From Fistulifera solaris (lineage: Eukaryota): 64,000 nt of DNA. Position 1 is the stretch's first letter, and every line of letters begins with the position of its first letter. A program made the position numbers and the translations under genes. The notes beneath the pieces were generated by a model. The model was not told where the DNA came from. It saw only the letters and a list, made by a program, of their open reading frames with translations, and did not search any database. The DNA lies in assembly GCA_030295235.1 (NCBI GenBank), contig AP026153.1, positions 124,001 through 188,000 on the forward strand. Reading direction: 5' to 3'. Positions 50,120 through 61,288 of this stretch are shown piece by piece.

Positions 50120-51444
50120 TTATAATCCCACTGTGGGCATTTCGGTCAAAAACGCATCGCGAATGTCATTTTGTGCGGAACCACAAAGTTGTTGTAATGG
50201 TAAAAGTGCAAATGCATTTTCTATCTCCATGCCTACTTCGTCGATTCCGATCAAAACATACGCACCCAATGTGGTTGTCAGAGCCACTGTAATCGTCGGA
50301 AGGCCCGAGGCAATCAGTGACATTGGCGTCACCAAGAGCCACGTCGTAAGAACACGGCTTAAATGGCGACTATAGGTGGGAGGAATCGGACTTGTAAAGA
50401 TCCGTTGACATGCGCCGTAAACGGTTTCCAGCTCACGAATACGCTCTTCGATCATTAGAGCCACTCCGGCATCGACGAACGGAGACTGGTGCAACGCTAC
50501 ACTACATAACTGACGGAGGCGCGAAGTCAATGCCACCGGAAGTTTATTTTGTGCGACGGCCCATTTGTAGTCCTCCGACGATTCTCCCAGCATGATTTTT
50601 AGCACTTCCAGGCTTCGATCCGGATTTTCTCCACGAAGCGTCACTTTGATGACCCACGGAAAGGCCGCCATGTGACGGATTGCCAACGTACACGCGTAGG
50701 GATTCGAATCAAAGAGATATATTTTCAGTATATTGGCAAGTCCACGGGCATGCAGAACCTATCCCGAGATGAGTCGTCGACCAAGGCGCACTATAACAAA
50801 TAGAACTAGATTGCGAGATGACTTACCATGCGACCCATCTGAAGTCGCGACTCCAATAATCGAGTCATGCTGGCATTCGCTCGCAAGGTCAACAGAAGCG
50901 CCAATGGCGCCGAAAGAATCGACAAGACCGAAGTAGAGCCGATACCGGCTAAAACCGTCCCCGTCCACCCGAAGCGCCGACAGAGAACACACAACACGGT
51001 GGCGTAAGCCGTCGCGATCAGGACCGCCGGCAAGATGACGCGTGCGGTACTACTGGACCACCATCGGAGGACGTGTCGTGCATAACGAATGTGCGGCGGT
51101 CGAGAATGCGACTGCCACGTGCTGTGCGTCCAAAGTCTCGTGTAACTTGAACCGGCCGACACGAGGACCGGCGACATGGAATCGTCCGCCGAAGGCGTCG
51201 GCGGCCGCGCCTCGGCGAGACGAGCAAAATCGCGAGCCAGATTCTCTAGTAACTGTTGCTTGCTGGGTTTCACAAACGTCGACGTGTTTTCGGAGTCGAG
51301 TGATGTTGGTCCATCTACGGAAAATCGGCGATATCTCAAATTTCGTTCGGTAAGAATAGGATGCAAGCGAGTCGTCGGCGCGTAGCAACGCACACTGCTA
51401 AGCCACTGGATTGCGAGCCACAGAGTAAGATATCCAGAACCCAT
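50120..51444 (-). CDS. bestrophin-like anion channel (bacterial/VCCN/BST type), probably plastid
   Basis: LALLLTLRANASMTRLLESR, CQRIFTSPIPPTYSRHLSR and GIDEVGMEIENAF. Signal peptide. Intron at 50759-50826. Confidence 0.88.
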
Positions 51445-51912
51445 GGTCTTTGTTGTAACATAATGAACAATACGCAACATCTCTTTTTCCGGTTGCTGGT
51501 CAACTATTATATTAACACGGAAATATTCCGATGAATTTGGACGAAGTTGATGTTCGTGACTGGAATGAAATCAACACCCGATGAGCCGATGAGTGTTCGG
51601 GTTTTAGCTAAGTGACAAAACTAGCTATCTCACACAAGATCACACAAGTAAGCTTAGCAGCTAATTATCTTGGGCTATCGGTTAGAATGTAGATAAGTAA
51701 CGCAGGATTCTTCGAGTTTAGTTTACTCTTCATTCTATTTTAGTTTGAAAACCTAATTTAAATTTCAAATTTTTGAACCGCCGATTGCCAAGATCCAAAG
51801 ATCCCCCAGAACCAAAATATGTGAACCAGCTTTAATGACCTGCTATCCTTGACATCCTGCCAAATATTTGCGATCTGCGACAGTCTGTCAATATTTTGCT
51901 TTGAAGGCCGTT

Positions 51913-52483
51913 ATGAGTAAAGTTGTGAAGTTTCTCATCTGCCTTGTTGCATGCAGTTGTACGTGCTGTATCGTAAGCCGGCATGGTGGCTTCATGCCGC
52001 GCAGGCGACCATCTCGCTTAAGCTAGCCATCGAATCCTCACGCTTTTGTTTTTAAGGTCTGCAGTCGGTGGAGCCGGTAGAAGACGCCGACAGCAATTTG
52101 TTTCAACGCGGCCTATTGTGCGAATACGTTCCTCCCAACAGTTGCCGAACGAATATTGGTAGAGGAACTTGCCTCGACGCCGATGGCGAAAAGTTCGATG
52201 CTTGTTTCAAGGCCGGCGCCGGGCACGTCTTCTTTAAGTCAGATTGTCGGGATGCCGCCGAGTCAACCAGCAATTCAGTGGGATGGCAGTACGGGGCGTT
52301 GAGAGCGATTCCTAGGGTCTGTGTGATCTTCTTTGACCACGCGGTTGTTGGTGACGATGTGGATATTTACTGCCCGGGGGGCTTCAGCCGATTTGAAATC
52401 TCGGGTCGTATTGGAACTGGTTTCCCGAATCGAACCGGCGACGGGCTTTTGATTGCTACAGTTGCATAGGTGGAATTGATTGA
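51913..52483 (+). CDS. secreted 9-Cys protein, family copy 5 (dispersed)
   Basis: Exon 51913-51958, phase-1 intron 51959-52056. Sequence MSKVVKFLICLVACSCLQS...NLFQRGLLC. The C-terminal FDCYSCIGGID* is restored by +1 T near 52450. Confidence 0.8.
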
Positions 52484-52613
52484 AAACTGGTAATGCGTTG
52501 TTAGTTTTCATTATTCAAGAGAGCCCCTTTAAGGGGGTCGTAAATACAGGAACAAAGATAGCAAACACAACTAATCATTTAACCTAACCCGTACAAGTGC
52601 CTCTTCACATCAC

Positions 52614-53568
52614 CTAGAACCAAATAGTTACAGCGCTGACCCAACTGACAACCAATGCACAAATCGTAAAAGTTCCAATCGCCGTTGCACTGGAACTTTC
52701 TCCATCTTCACCATTCGTAGGATCTCCCGTTTCTTCGGATGACGCTTCGAGTGTTCCATCCTCTGTGGGTGCTTGCGTTGCCAAAATAACATCTTCACAC
52801 CCCGGAATGGTAGCATCACCGATACCGAATCCATAAGCACTGCAAGCCAAATCAGGGTTGGCGGCTCCCAATTCTTGTATCATAGCTTCCAATTCGGCAC
52901 ATTCGGTAGTGGTTACGTCGTTCTGCAGCTCCTCACAAAGGCGAATGCGTACCGTACTTTGTTCCAACTGTAGATTGACACGATTTTTATTTTCCAAAGT
53001 TTCGCAAACCTGTTCCATTTCCGCGTGTCCGGGTGCCCCGACTTCAAAATAAGCTTTCAATGCATTCCAGCAATCGGTTGGGTCGTCCGAACAATCGTAT
53101 GCTGTTCCAGAAACCGTTATGGAATCTTTCAATTTAGGAATGTTGTTGTTCGATGGATCTTGCTCAAAGAAGAATCCTTCACTAGCGCCCAACCCAAGAG
53201 CGCTGGGATTATAGAACGGGCGGTTAGGATCGTTTGGTTGTGAGTAACAGAAGCAGATGAACGGTCATTTCAAACATCTTGGCAATTACTTACGCATCGG
53301 AAGATTGCATGTCACCCACGCGAAATGCATTGACAAAGGCACTGGCATAAGTACAAATAGAGGCCACATTTTGCTGTGCAACTTTGATTTGATACACATC
53401 CAAGCACTCTTGACTGGCACGTGGCCAGGCGACCAATTCACCGCCCAGTTGACCGTAATCCTTGCAATCGGTGGCATCATCGGCTGTGTAGAGGCACGCA
53501 TCGCACTGAGCGTAGGCTCGTGTTGCGAGGAGACTGATTGCGAGTGGGAGGACGATAACCGACTTCAT
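52614..53568 (-). CDS. Cys-rich secreted protein with a predicted GPI-anchor signal
   Basis: Signal peptide ending RAYA|Q. The intron at 53203-53293 joins the two ORFs in frame. Acidic S/T linker, then ESSSA followed by a hydrophobic C-terminus. Confidence 0.8.
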
Positions 53569-54252
53569 TTTAGAGTAAATGAGACCAAGACTAGGTATAA
53601 TGTGCGGTAGCGCGACTATTCAAGTATAACTGCTATAACTGCCGGTCAAAAGTCAAAACAACAGATTGTGTCACAAAAGGTTTGCGCGAGTGTGATGACA
53701 AAAAGCGCGACTTTTGTTGAGGTCCGAAAAACGACATCTTCGGAGAAACCTACAGTCTGGCCCAGTGCAGATTGCGGAATGACAACGGTACTGTAATCCA
53801 CAGTAATGACTAATGACTGTCAGTCATCCTCGTGACTCGTGACTGATATTTGTGACTGAAGTACAGGATATTCTTGATATATTTTCATTCTTGTGCTGAT
53901 AGAAGTAATGAACTGAAAGCTGAAAGGCAATGTCTTGCGTGCCCAGAGGGAGTCTAGACTGGACTAGTGTTACAAAAGACAAACAGAAACAAATACGTCT
54001 CAAGTGAGAAAACATCATCTAATCTAAACCTACTCCAGCTTCGGTTCTCGCTTGATATAACATTTCAGGCAAAGACATGCCTTGCATGTTGCTAGCTTCC
54101 GCATTTTTTTAAACAGCAAAATCCGCAAGCGCATAGCGAGCGCTAGCCTCATAGCCAATCCAGATGAGCTGAACAAAAGAAACGGTCGATGCAGAAGAAA
54201 GCGCATCCAGGCAGAAGATGGTGTATCTGGCTCCAAGATTACTGGTATTGCT

Positions 54253-54474
54253 TCATGGCCGCGTTTGCGGATTGCGTTCATGGCATTGCCGGAACGCTTG
54301 CCATTGTGCCGCACATGGAACAATCTGCCCTTGATGTTCTTTCATGCAAATGGTGACTTGCTCGTACACATCGGCACAAACCCCTGTCGCCGGCGATACG
54401 AAAGCTTCCTCCACTGGTTTTTGCGTGCTCCTAGCGCAATCGACGCATTCTTTATTTTCTGTCATTTGCGCCAA
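54253..54474 (-). CDS. twin CX9C (CHCH) mitochondrial intermembrane-space protein, COA4/CMC-like
   Basis: CADVYEQVTIC-x10-CAAQWQAFRQC. Confidence 0.7.
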   Translation of the reverse strand: MAQMTENKECVDCARSTQKPVEEAFVSPATGVCADVYEQVTICMKEHQGQIVPCAAQWQAFRQCHERNPQTRP

Positions 54475-54882
54475 ATATCATTGTCAACATAAACTGGTAT
54501 ATTGTTAGTTTTTCCGAAGGGAACAGATTGGCGTAAAAAAAGGAGCACAATACGAATGAACGGAAGAATGAAAATGACGACAAGAGAAACTAAATTGGGG
54601 TGCAGACGGGCAGACGGGAGACGGGTGAATGAAGAGGTGCGACTTTAAGTACCGCTTCGACTCGAGGAGGGGATTCAATACTGTATCTAACATAGTACTT
54701 CTGCGATATTCTTCATGTTCGCTGCATCAATCCGCTTCTACAATTTCGCCCATAGCGTTTTGTTGAAGCCTTCTGCTTTTTTCTTTGTTCGCCATCATGA
54801 TTTTTCTTCAAAATCTGCAAAATCTTTTGATGGCAAACTTACTTGACGCTCTTTCCTCTCTTGCGATACAAATCATCATAAC

Positions 54883-55503
54883 ATGACAAAATTAGTGGCA
54901 CTGATTTGTCTGCTCGTCTCAGTGACGACGACGGCGGCCTTTTCCATTCCACCAGCCGTTGCCAAGACCACGGCACGTTGCGCCGTGGCAAGTGGCGACT
55001 ACTATCGACGAACCCTCGAGCAAGCTCGTCACGTCGCTTTTGCCCCCACTAGTTCTCCTCAGGAAGCCCGCAAGTACTTGTTTGAAGTACTTCATCTCCA
55101 GACGGGGTGTTCGACGGGTGTCTTGGAGGATGATGGAGTCTGTGACAATGTGCAAGAAATGGCGGACCTGGTCGCTCATTTGCGTGTCAAGGCGAACGAG
55201 AAAGTGTTGCGCCGTGAAGTAGTCTTAATGGCATCGCTCATGATGAGTGCCTCCGCTGTGACACTGATGGCGTGGTTCATGGGCAGAAGTCATGTCGTCC
55301 CGTTTACTCCACAAGAATGGATGTGGGCCGTCCGAGATGGTTATCTTCCGACTCTGTTGGAGCAGAATTTCAAATATGGAGGTTTTCTTGTAGATGACCC
55401 AAGTGATTTTCAGCCTTTTCTATGGACGGAGTGGGGCTGGTCCCTTCGTGACGGGTATGTGCCCACCATGATGGCCGATTGGTTCCGAAATGGCGGATTG
55501 TAG
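54883..55503 (+). CDS. plastid-targeted hypothetical protein with a duplicated PFxxxEWxWxxRDGY motif
   Basis: TAA-F presequence, one hydrophobic segment and two internal repeats. Confidence 0.8.
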   Translation: MTKLVALICLLVSVTTTAAFSIPPAVAKTTARCAVASGDYYRRTLEQARHVAFAPTSSPQEARKYLFEVLHLQTGCSTGVLEDDGVCDNVQEMADLVAHLRVKANEKVLRREVVLMASLMMSASAVTLMAWFMGRSHVVPFTPQEWMWAVRDGYLPTLLEQNFKYGGFLVDDPSDFQPFLWTEWGWSLRDGYVPTMMADWFRNGGL

Positions 55504-56046
55504 ATGTCTTTCGCAATGGAGAATTCACTTTGCTTGGATACAAGCAGAGAGTAGATATTGCATGATATCAATCATAGTTTGTTTTTAGTCGATAGAAGAA
55601 TTCAAATTATCGTCATACCAGGTATTTGTTCAACAAGTTTGATCACATGCAATGCAAAGAAGGATCTTGTTTCGTTTGATGTTGACGTACCGGTACTAAA
55701 GTGTACTATGACCATAAGTCATGAGTCCCGCGTCTTCTATACAGAATAAGCCACACTTCACGTAACCGTACTCGACGACTCTGAGCGCTAGAGTAGTATC
55801 GAGTCACTGAATGACCGATGAACCAACCAAAATGAATGACCCTTTTTCGGGGCGGAAATAACCGCGTTTTTGCCATCGAAACGTTTTAGGTTTGTTGATT
55901 CTCTTGTTCGCATCGAGAATCTCGAGAAGTAGAACAAAATAGGCAGCAGCGACATACTTCAATTGAAAACTTAAAGCAAGCGCACCTGGAAAGCCAAAAC
56001 GAGGGAGACATTCGTCGGAAAAGCGCTATTTTTGAAGAACATCAAG

Positions 56047-58542
56047 ATGCGTCCCGAACAACCCATCTCGAATTTAAACGATCTGAAGGGATCACTAGAC
56101 AACGACGACGACGACATTGTGTACCGTCCGTCCTTTCTAGCCGATATTCCGTTACCACCGCCTTTACCGAACGATGAATCCGAAGCAGCACATGATCAAT
56201 TACCGAATATTGAAGAATACAAAGCACAAGTCGGTCCTACTTCCACCGACAACAATCGTTGTTTGCGAATTTGTCTCATTACATCTTTATTTGTTGTCGC
56301 TATTGTTGTTTCCTTGACCGTCGGATTGGTGGTAGGAATTGAAGAGGGAATCGAATTGGAAGAAGACACGATCGAACGGACCCCTACTACGCCAGTAGCT
56401 TCCCCCGTTGAACCTCCGGTCGCATCCCCCGTCGCTCCGCCCGTCGCAGAACTTCCCACCTTGCATCCCGATGTCGCGAACCGCAAATACGAAATGGAAG
56501 AAATCGCCTTGGCGGAAGGGTGGTCCGATCTGTATTCCTTGTCGACACCGGGGACGCCGCAGAATCGGGCCTGTACGTTCATCGCCGAAGACGATCGTCA
56601 ATTGCCCATTGAACCCACGCTCGAATTGAAAGAACGTTACGCACTGGCCGTCTTGTATTATGCGTGGAATGGGGATCAATGGCGAGACAATTTGTTTTGG
56701 ATGCAGTACAATCATCATTGTGATTGGATGGCGTCCTTGCAAGACGATGAAGGACAGCCCGTGTCCGTGGGTGTCGTGTGTGACATGGATCAAAGTGTGA
56801 CTTCGCTGTATTTGGCGGGCAACGAAATGAGAGGTACGATTCCTCGAGAAATTGGACTTTTGCGGAACTTGTTTGAATTGGATCTGTCGGGTGCCCAGCA
56901 TTTGGAATCGGGGGAAGATGGGATTCCGTGGCAAGACATGGCGCAACTCACCAAACTCCAAACACTCAATTTGGCGAACAACAACTTTACTGGAATGATT
57001 GACCCACGTCTAAATGCACTGAAAACGCTGACCACGTTGAATTTGTCCAACAATCGATTCTACGGAATCATTCCCGCGGCAATTGCGGCGAATTTGCGAG
57101 AATTGTCGGTATTGAATTTGGAATACAATCAGTTGGGTGGTACATTAGATTCATTGCAAGACTGTGTGGCAGTAGCCATCTTGTTGGGGGGAAATAATAT
57201 CACGGGTACTCTCAAAAATGAGATTTATTCATCCTGGCCGCGTTTGGAAACGTTGGATCTGTCAGACAACCAACTGGAAGGAGATTTGCCCGCGGGTCTG
57301 TTTGCCATGGAAACGCTCACGGTAGTAGATCTGCACGGCAACCAATTTTCGGGTCCGCTGCCCGATGTCATTTCGACCAACTCACAAATTAAATTTTTGG
57401 CATTGCAAGAGAATCAATTGTCGGGAAGCATTGGTGATAAGTTACGGTATATGACAAGACTGGAGCATCTCGATTTATCGAACAACGCGTTGACTGGCCC
57501 TCTCCCAGAAGACTTTTCGATGATGTCGGACTTGCGATACTTGTTCATGGCGTTCAATGACCAATTCACACCGGGTCCTATCCCCGCATCGTACGGGAGT
57601 TTGATGAATTTGGTAGATCTATCGTTGCAACAAACCAATCGCAACGGCAAGATTCCTACGGAATTGGGACAGCTGACCGCGTTACAGCTTCTGGATCTGG
57701 CCGACAACGATTTGAGCGGCGCCATACCGAGTGAGTTCGGTACCATGGAAAAGTTACAATTCATATTGCTCAAAGACAACATGCTCACCGGTACGCTTCC
57801 GGCGAGTTTGTTGGAATTGACCCGACTGGCGATCTTGGTCATCAACGATAATTCGTTCTCGGGAACCACCAATGAGCTCTGTTTGGAAGGTGGCAAATTC
57901 GCCATTGAAACGATGGACGTGATCGTATCGGATTGTGGTGACTTGGCGTGCGAATGCTGTGTTTGTTGTAACACGGCCGAAGGCAACCGAACATCCGAGT
58001 GTGTCCTCTCGGTCTGGTTCAATGACGTGGATCCAGTGTATTCTCCCTTCTATCGGTACCAGAGAGGATTTTATGCGTTTCAACAAACCGAAGTGGAGTA
58101 CCCTTCGTTCGAGGATGAAGGAGAAGATCTTATTCTATGGATCGATGATCCGGCCGCTCCGATTGATATTGATGGAGATGGTACCGTGAATGCGGAGGAT
58201 TCCGATGCCGACGGAGACGGTATTGCGAATGACGCCGACGGTGATAAAGATGGAGATGGAACTGCCGATTTCCAGGATGAGTTCGACAGCAATCCGCTAG
58301 AGACTGTGGACAATGATGGAGATGGAATCGGCGACAACGCCGATAGTGACGCGACCGATGCAACGGTGGGCGACGCGGACGGCGACGGCATTGGAGACAA
58401 TGCCGATGGGGCGCCAGAAGATGGTGATTTGGGCGACACGGATGGTGACGGTGTCGGAGACAACGCTGACGAATTCCCCGATGACCCCACTCAATACGAT
58501 ACCGATCCTGGTGATGATGCCGGCGGTATACGAAAAGATTGA
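56047..58542 (+). CDS. type II membrane LRR protein with C-terminal thrombospondin type-3-like Ca-binding repeats
   Basis: TM helix, PVASP linker, LRRNT (ERYALAVLYY...HHCDW), many plant-type LRRs (LDLSNNALTGPLP), a DC..C.CC.CC cap and DxDGDG repeats. Confidence 0.88.
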   Translation: MRPEQPISNLNDLKGSLDNDDDDIVYRPSFLADIPLPPPLPNDESEAAHDQLPNIEEYKAQVGPTSTDNNRCLRICLITSLFVVAIVVSLTVGLVVGIEEGIELEEDTIERTPTTPVASPVEPPVASPVAPPVAELPTLHPDVANRKYEMEEIALAEGWSDLYSLSTPGTPQNRACTFIAEDDRQLPIEPTLELKERYALAVLYYAWNGDQWRDNLFWMQYNHHCDWMASLQDDEGQPVSVGVVCDMDQSVTSLYLAGNEMRGTIPREIGLLRNLFELDLSGAQHLESGEDGIPWQDMAQLTKLQTLNLANNNFTGMIDPRLNALKTLTTLNLSNNRFYGIIPAAIAANLRELSVLNLEYNQLGGTLDSLQDCVAVAILLGGNNITGTLKNEIYSSWPRLETLDLSDNQLEGDLPAGLFAMETLTVVDLHGNQFSGPLPDVISTNSQIKFLALQENQLSGSIGDKLRYMTRLEHLDLSNNALTGPLPEDFSMMSDLRYLFMAFNDQFTPGPIPASYGSLMNLVDLSLQQTNRNGKIPTELGQLTALQLLDLADNDLSGAIPSEFGTMEKLQFILLKDNMLTGTLPASLLELTRLAILVINDNSFSGTTNELCLEGGKFAIETMDVIVSDCGDLACECCVCCNTAEGNRTSECVLSVWFNDVDPVYSPFYRYQRGFYAFQQTEVEYPSFEDEGEDLILWIDDPAAPIDIDGDGTVNAEDSDADGDGIANDADGDKDGDGTADFQDEFDSNPLETVDNDGDGIGDNADSDATDATVGDADGDGIGDNADGAPEDGDLGDTDGDGVGDNADEFPDDPTQYDTDPGDDAGGIRKD

Positions 58543-59030
58543 CAGACTGAAAGCTGTTGCATAAGCATAATGAAGTTACGTGTTAATTAACTACAAAACA
58601 TTATTTCGTCAACAGGATCTCTATCTGGATTTCTTGCGACCTAGTTGCTCGACGGAGTGAATCATTCATTACGTATGTTTTTTGAAGCGGGATGCTACCA
58701 CTCGTCGTCATAGGCAGATCACGTTTCCAGCTCCCGAATGAAGGCATCGCGACATATTCTTTGCACACGTCAGCGCAAAAAGTCCTCTCTCTGATAAATC
58801 GATTACCGAAACGACTCTGGCACCTAAATACATAGTCCATGGATGTGATTCTTCTTCGACGACACTTGGGAGGAAAAAAGTGAGAGAGAAGGCCAAACAG
58901 AATTTTGCGCCACAATTCTCACAAAAGTTCGAATCTTGCTGTCGAGAACTACTTTCAATCATAATCCGTCCAAGCAAACAAAGAACTCTCTTTCTTTTTT
59001 TCTTCTAATAAAACAAGCTCTATCATCACT

Positions 59031-59267
59031 ATGATCTCAAGCACGATCGACTCCTCCAAGCCCCGACGACACGAAACTGTCTATCATCCCGTCATTAGTT
59101 CCATGGTGCAGCAACCCAATATTATGAAGAATTGCACGCAAGTCCTCGACATGCATTCCCGCTGTGAAGCGTTACGGCGCAGTACGCAATACGAAAGTGA
59201 AGAAACCTTTGTTTGTCGGACGGCGCAGCGTTATCACGACTTGTGTTTGCAAGGGCACGAGTTTTAA
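59031..59267 (+). CDS. small twin CX9C-type protein
   Basis: CTQVLDMHSRC...CRTAQRYHDLC. ATG follows a pyrimidine/A-rich leader. Confidence 0.55.
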   Translation: MISSTIDSSKPRRHETVYHPVISSMVQQPNIMKNCTQVLDMHSRCEALRRSTQYESEETFVCRTAQRYHDLCLQGHEF

Positions 59268-59521
59268 CAGCCGCAGCAGCTGGGAAGCTTTGCTCTCTTT
59301 TTCTGTTTCCAGTGAAGGTTTGTACTAATTGCAACTCATTTTTGTCGTAGATATCCGTAACATTTTGTTAATAGTAGCATTTGAGTGGCAAAATTTAAAT
59401 ACTCAATTCCTGATAAGTAACCATCTTACTCGTAGAAACAAACCGAATCTGATTACTTGAACGATCGGCATTAACTTTTAAATACAAGTCTTAATCATGG
59501 CGCCCTCGATTTTCGGTTGTT

Positions 59522-60751
59522 TCAAGACCCCGCAATACTCAAACTATCATTGTCTGATTCCATGGGAGCAGCGGCGGCCCCACACGCCAAATCCCGCATC
59601 GCCAGGAGTCGACGTTCAAAATTCATCAATACCGAAGATGGTTGCTGATTCAACCACTCCAACGTATCGCGGGTTTGTTGCACCAACGGATCTTGTTCCG
59701 ACAAGACACATTCTTGCACCAACAGTACTTCTTCCAATAGCACGGCGGCATCGTCGTAGGCCCCTTGCGACAGTTGCAAGGACGCCAAATTCCATTGCGT
59801 CGCCGCAATCCCCAATAGAGGGGCTTCCGACGCTGAGCTTTTCAGTGCGACCCGTTGGATTTTAAGAGCTTCTTCCCAAGCGACTTTCGCCATTTCCAAT
59901 TCGTTCAATTCGTACAAGGCACAACCAATGTTATGAAGAATCTTGGCGACTTTAAGATGATCGTTGCCGTACCATTGACGCCGTAGGTGCAGTGCTTCGC
60001 GAAAGGCCACGAGGGCTTTCCGCGGTTGGTGCTGTTCCAAATGCGCCACTCCCAATTGCGCCAAACTCGTGGCCACATCGGCGTGATCATCACCCAAGGT
60101 GGTCTTCCGGATCCGAATTGCTTGTTGATATGACTGAGTGGCGGCGTCATACTGCCCCAAACGCATCTGTACAATTCCTCGATTGTGATAGGCCGTCCCG
60201 ACGCGTGGATGCGAATCGCCGTATCTCGTCAATAAACCGCGCACAATTTCTTCAAACACTTCCAAGGCTTCGTCATATTCGCCTTGTCGCAAATGTTCCG
60301 TAGCCATGTCATGAATCGCTTGTAAATTTTGTTCGACTTGTAGGGGTTCTCGTTTATAACACTTTTTTTGATCCTCACAAGTCTCAAAGTGATTTGACAT
60401 GGCATTTCGAATGTCATCGAGCGAAGAGTTATCATCCTTCTCGTGAAGAACAGTCGTTTTGGGTGATAATTGTTCGTAAGATTTCGTTTCTATAGACTCT
60501 ACGGGCAAAAATCGATCCACATAATGCGGGCGTTTGCGATGGGGACTCCTGGTTTGTTGTGTTTCATTACAGTTTTCTACGACATCCTTGTTCAAGATTC
60601 TCCAACGCATCTTTCGTCGCACTTTGCCATTTTTCATTTTGATCGACTTTCCTTTCGGTGGTTCGTACGTTTTCAACGGAGCAATGGAAAAATCGTCCGT
60701 TTCGTCAAACGATGTGCGATCGATCCGCAGATGAATCGCTGGAGGTCGCAT
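59522..60751 (-). CDS. TPR protein (kinesin light chain-like repeats)
   Basis: Repeats GEYDEALEVFEE, HPRVGTAYHNRG, LGDDHADVATSLAQLG and HLKVAKILHNIG. Confidence 0.88.
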   Translation of the reverse strand: MRPPAIHLRIDRTSFDETDDFSIAPLKTYEPPKGKSIKMKNGKVRRKMRWRILNKDVVENCNETQQTRSPHRKRPHYVDRFLPVESIETKSYEQLSPKTTVLHEKDDNSSLDDIRNAMSNHFETCEDQKKCYKREPLQVEQNLQAIHDMATEHLRQGEYDEALEVFEEIVRGLLTRYGDSHPRVGTAYHNRGIVQMRLGQYDAATQSYQQAIRIRKTTLGDDHADVATSLAQLGVAHLEQHQPRKALVAFREALHLRRQWYGNDHLKVAKILHNIGCALYELNELEMAKVAWEEALKIQRVALKSSASEAPLLGIAATQWNLASLQLSQGAYDDAAVLLEEVLLVQECVLSEQDPLVQQTRDTLEWLNQQPSSVLMNFERRLLAMRDLACGAAAAPMESDNDSLSIAGS

Positions 60752-61288
60752 CGTAAGGTGCTGTATCTCTATATTGCTTTCATATAATCTTTTAGGTCAT
60801 TACAAAAAGAGATTTCAAAGCAACGAGAGTATAATCGGAAAGGGTTGTATTTTTTATTTTTGTTGTTGCGCAGCAATAGGCCGCGTTATGCGTGTTCCGC
60901 CGCCTGTGTTTTCCGTTGAAGGCATAAGTCACAATTCAAACTTATGAAAGGTTTATAGTGGATTGTAGGGAACGACGTCGTTCTCTGCGAACCAACGGAA
61001 ATATTACTATCAATGTTTGAATACCGTTGTAATAAATCAAAGGAGCTATTCATTATTTCACAATGAACTGAAGTGCACTAAGAGTGTGACAACTCATTCC
61101 GGACTGAACGATACTGCTTTACGCACGACTGATGTGCTTTCTCCGCCCACGTGCCGAGATCGACGGAACGGCCGTTGTGAAAAAAGTCTGAAACAAACCG
61201 AATCATAATCATGAGAATGAATAATGCTATAAACATCCATCCTTCCTTCATTTCACTCTTTTTCTTTACACATTAATAGCTTCTGATA

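Noticed and set aside
56196..58494. Several - strand ORFs within the LRR-TSP3 gene, and similar ones at 41556-42212
   Set aside because: Antisense shadows of repetitive coding sequence.
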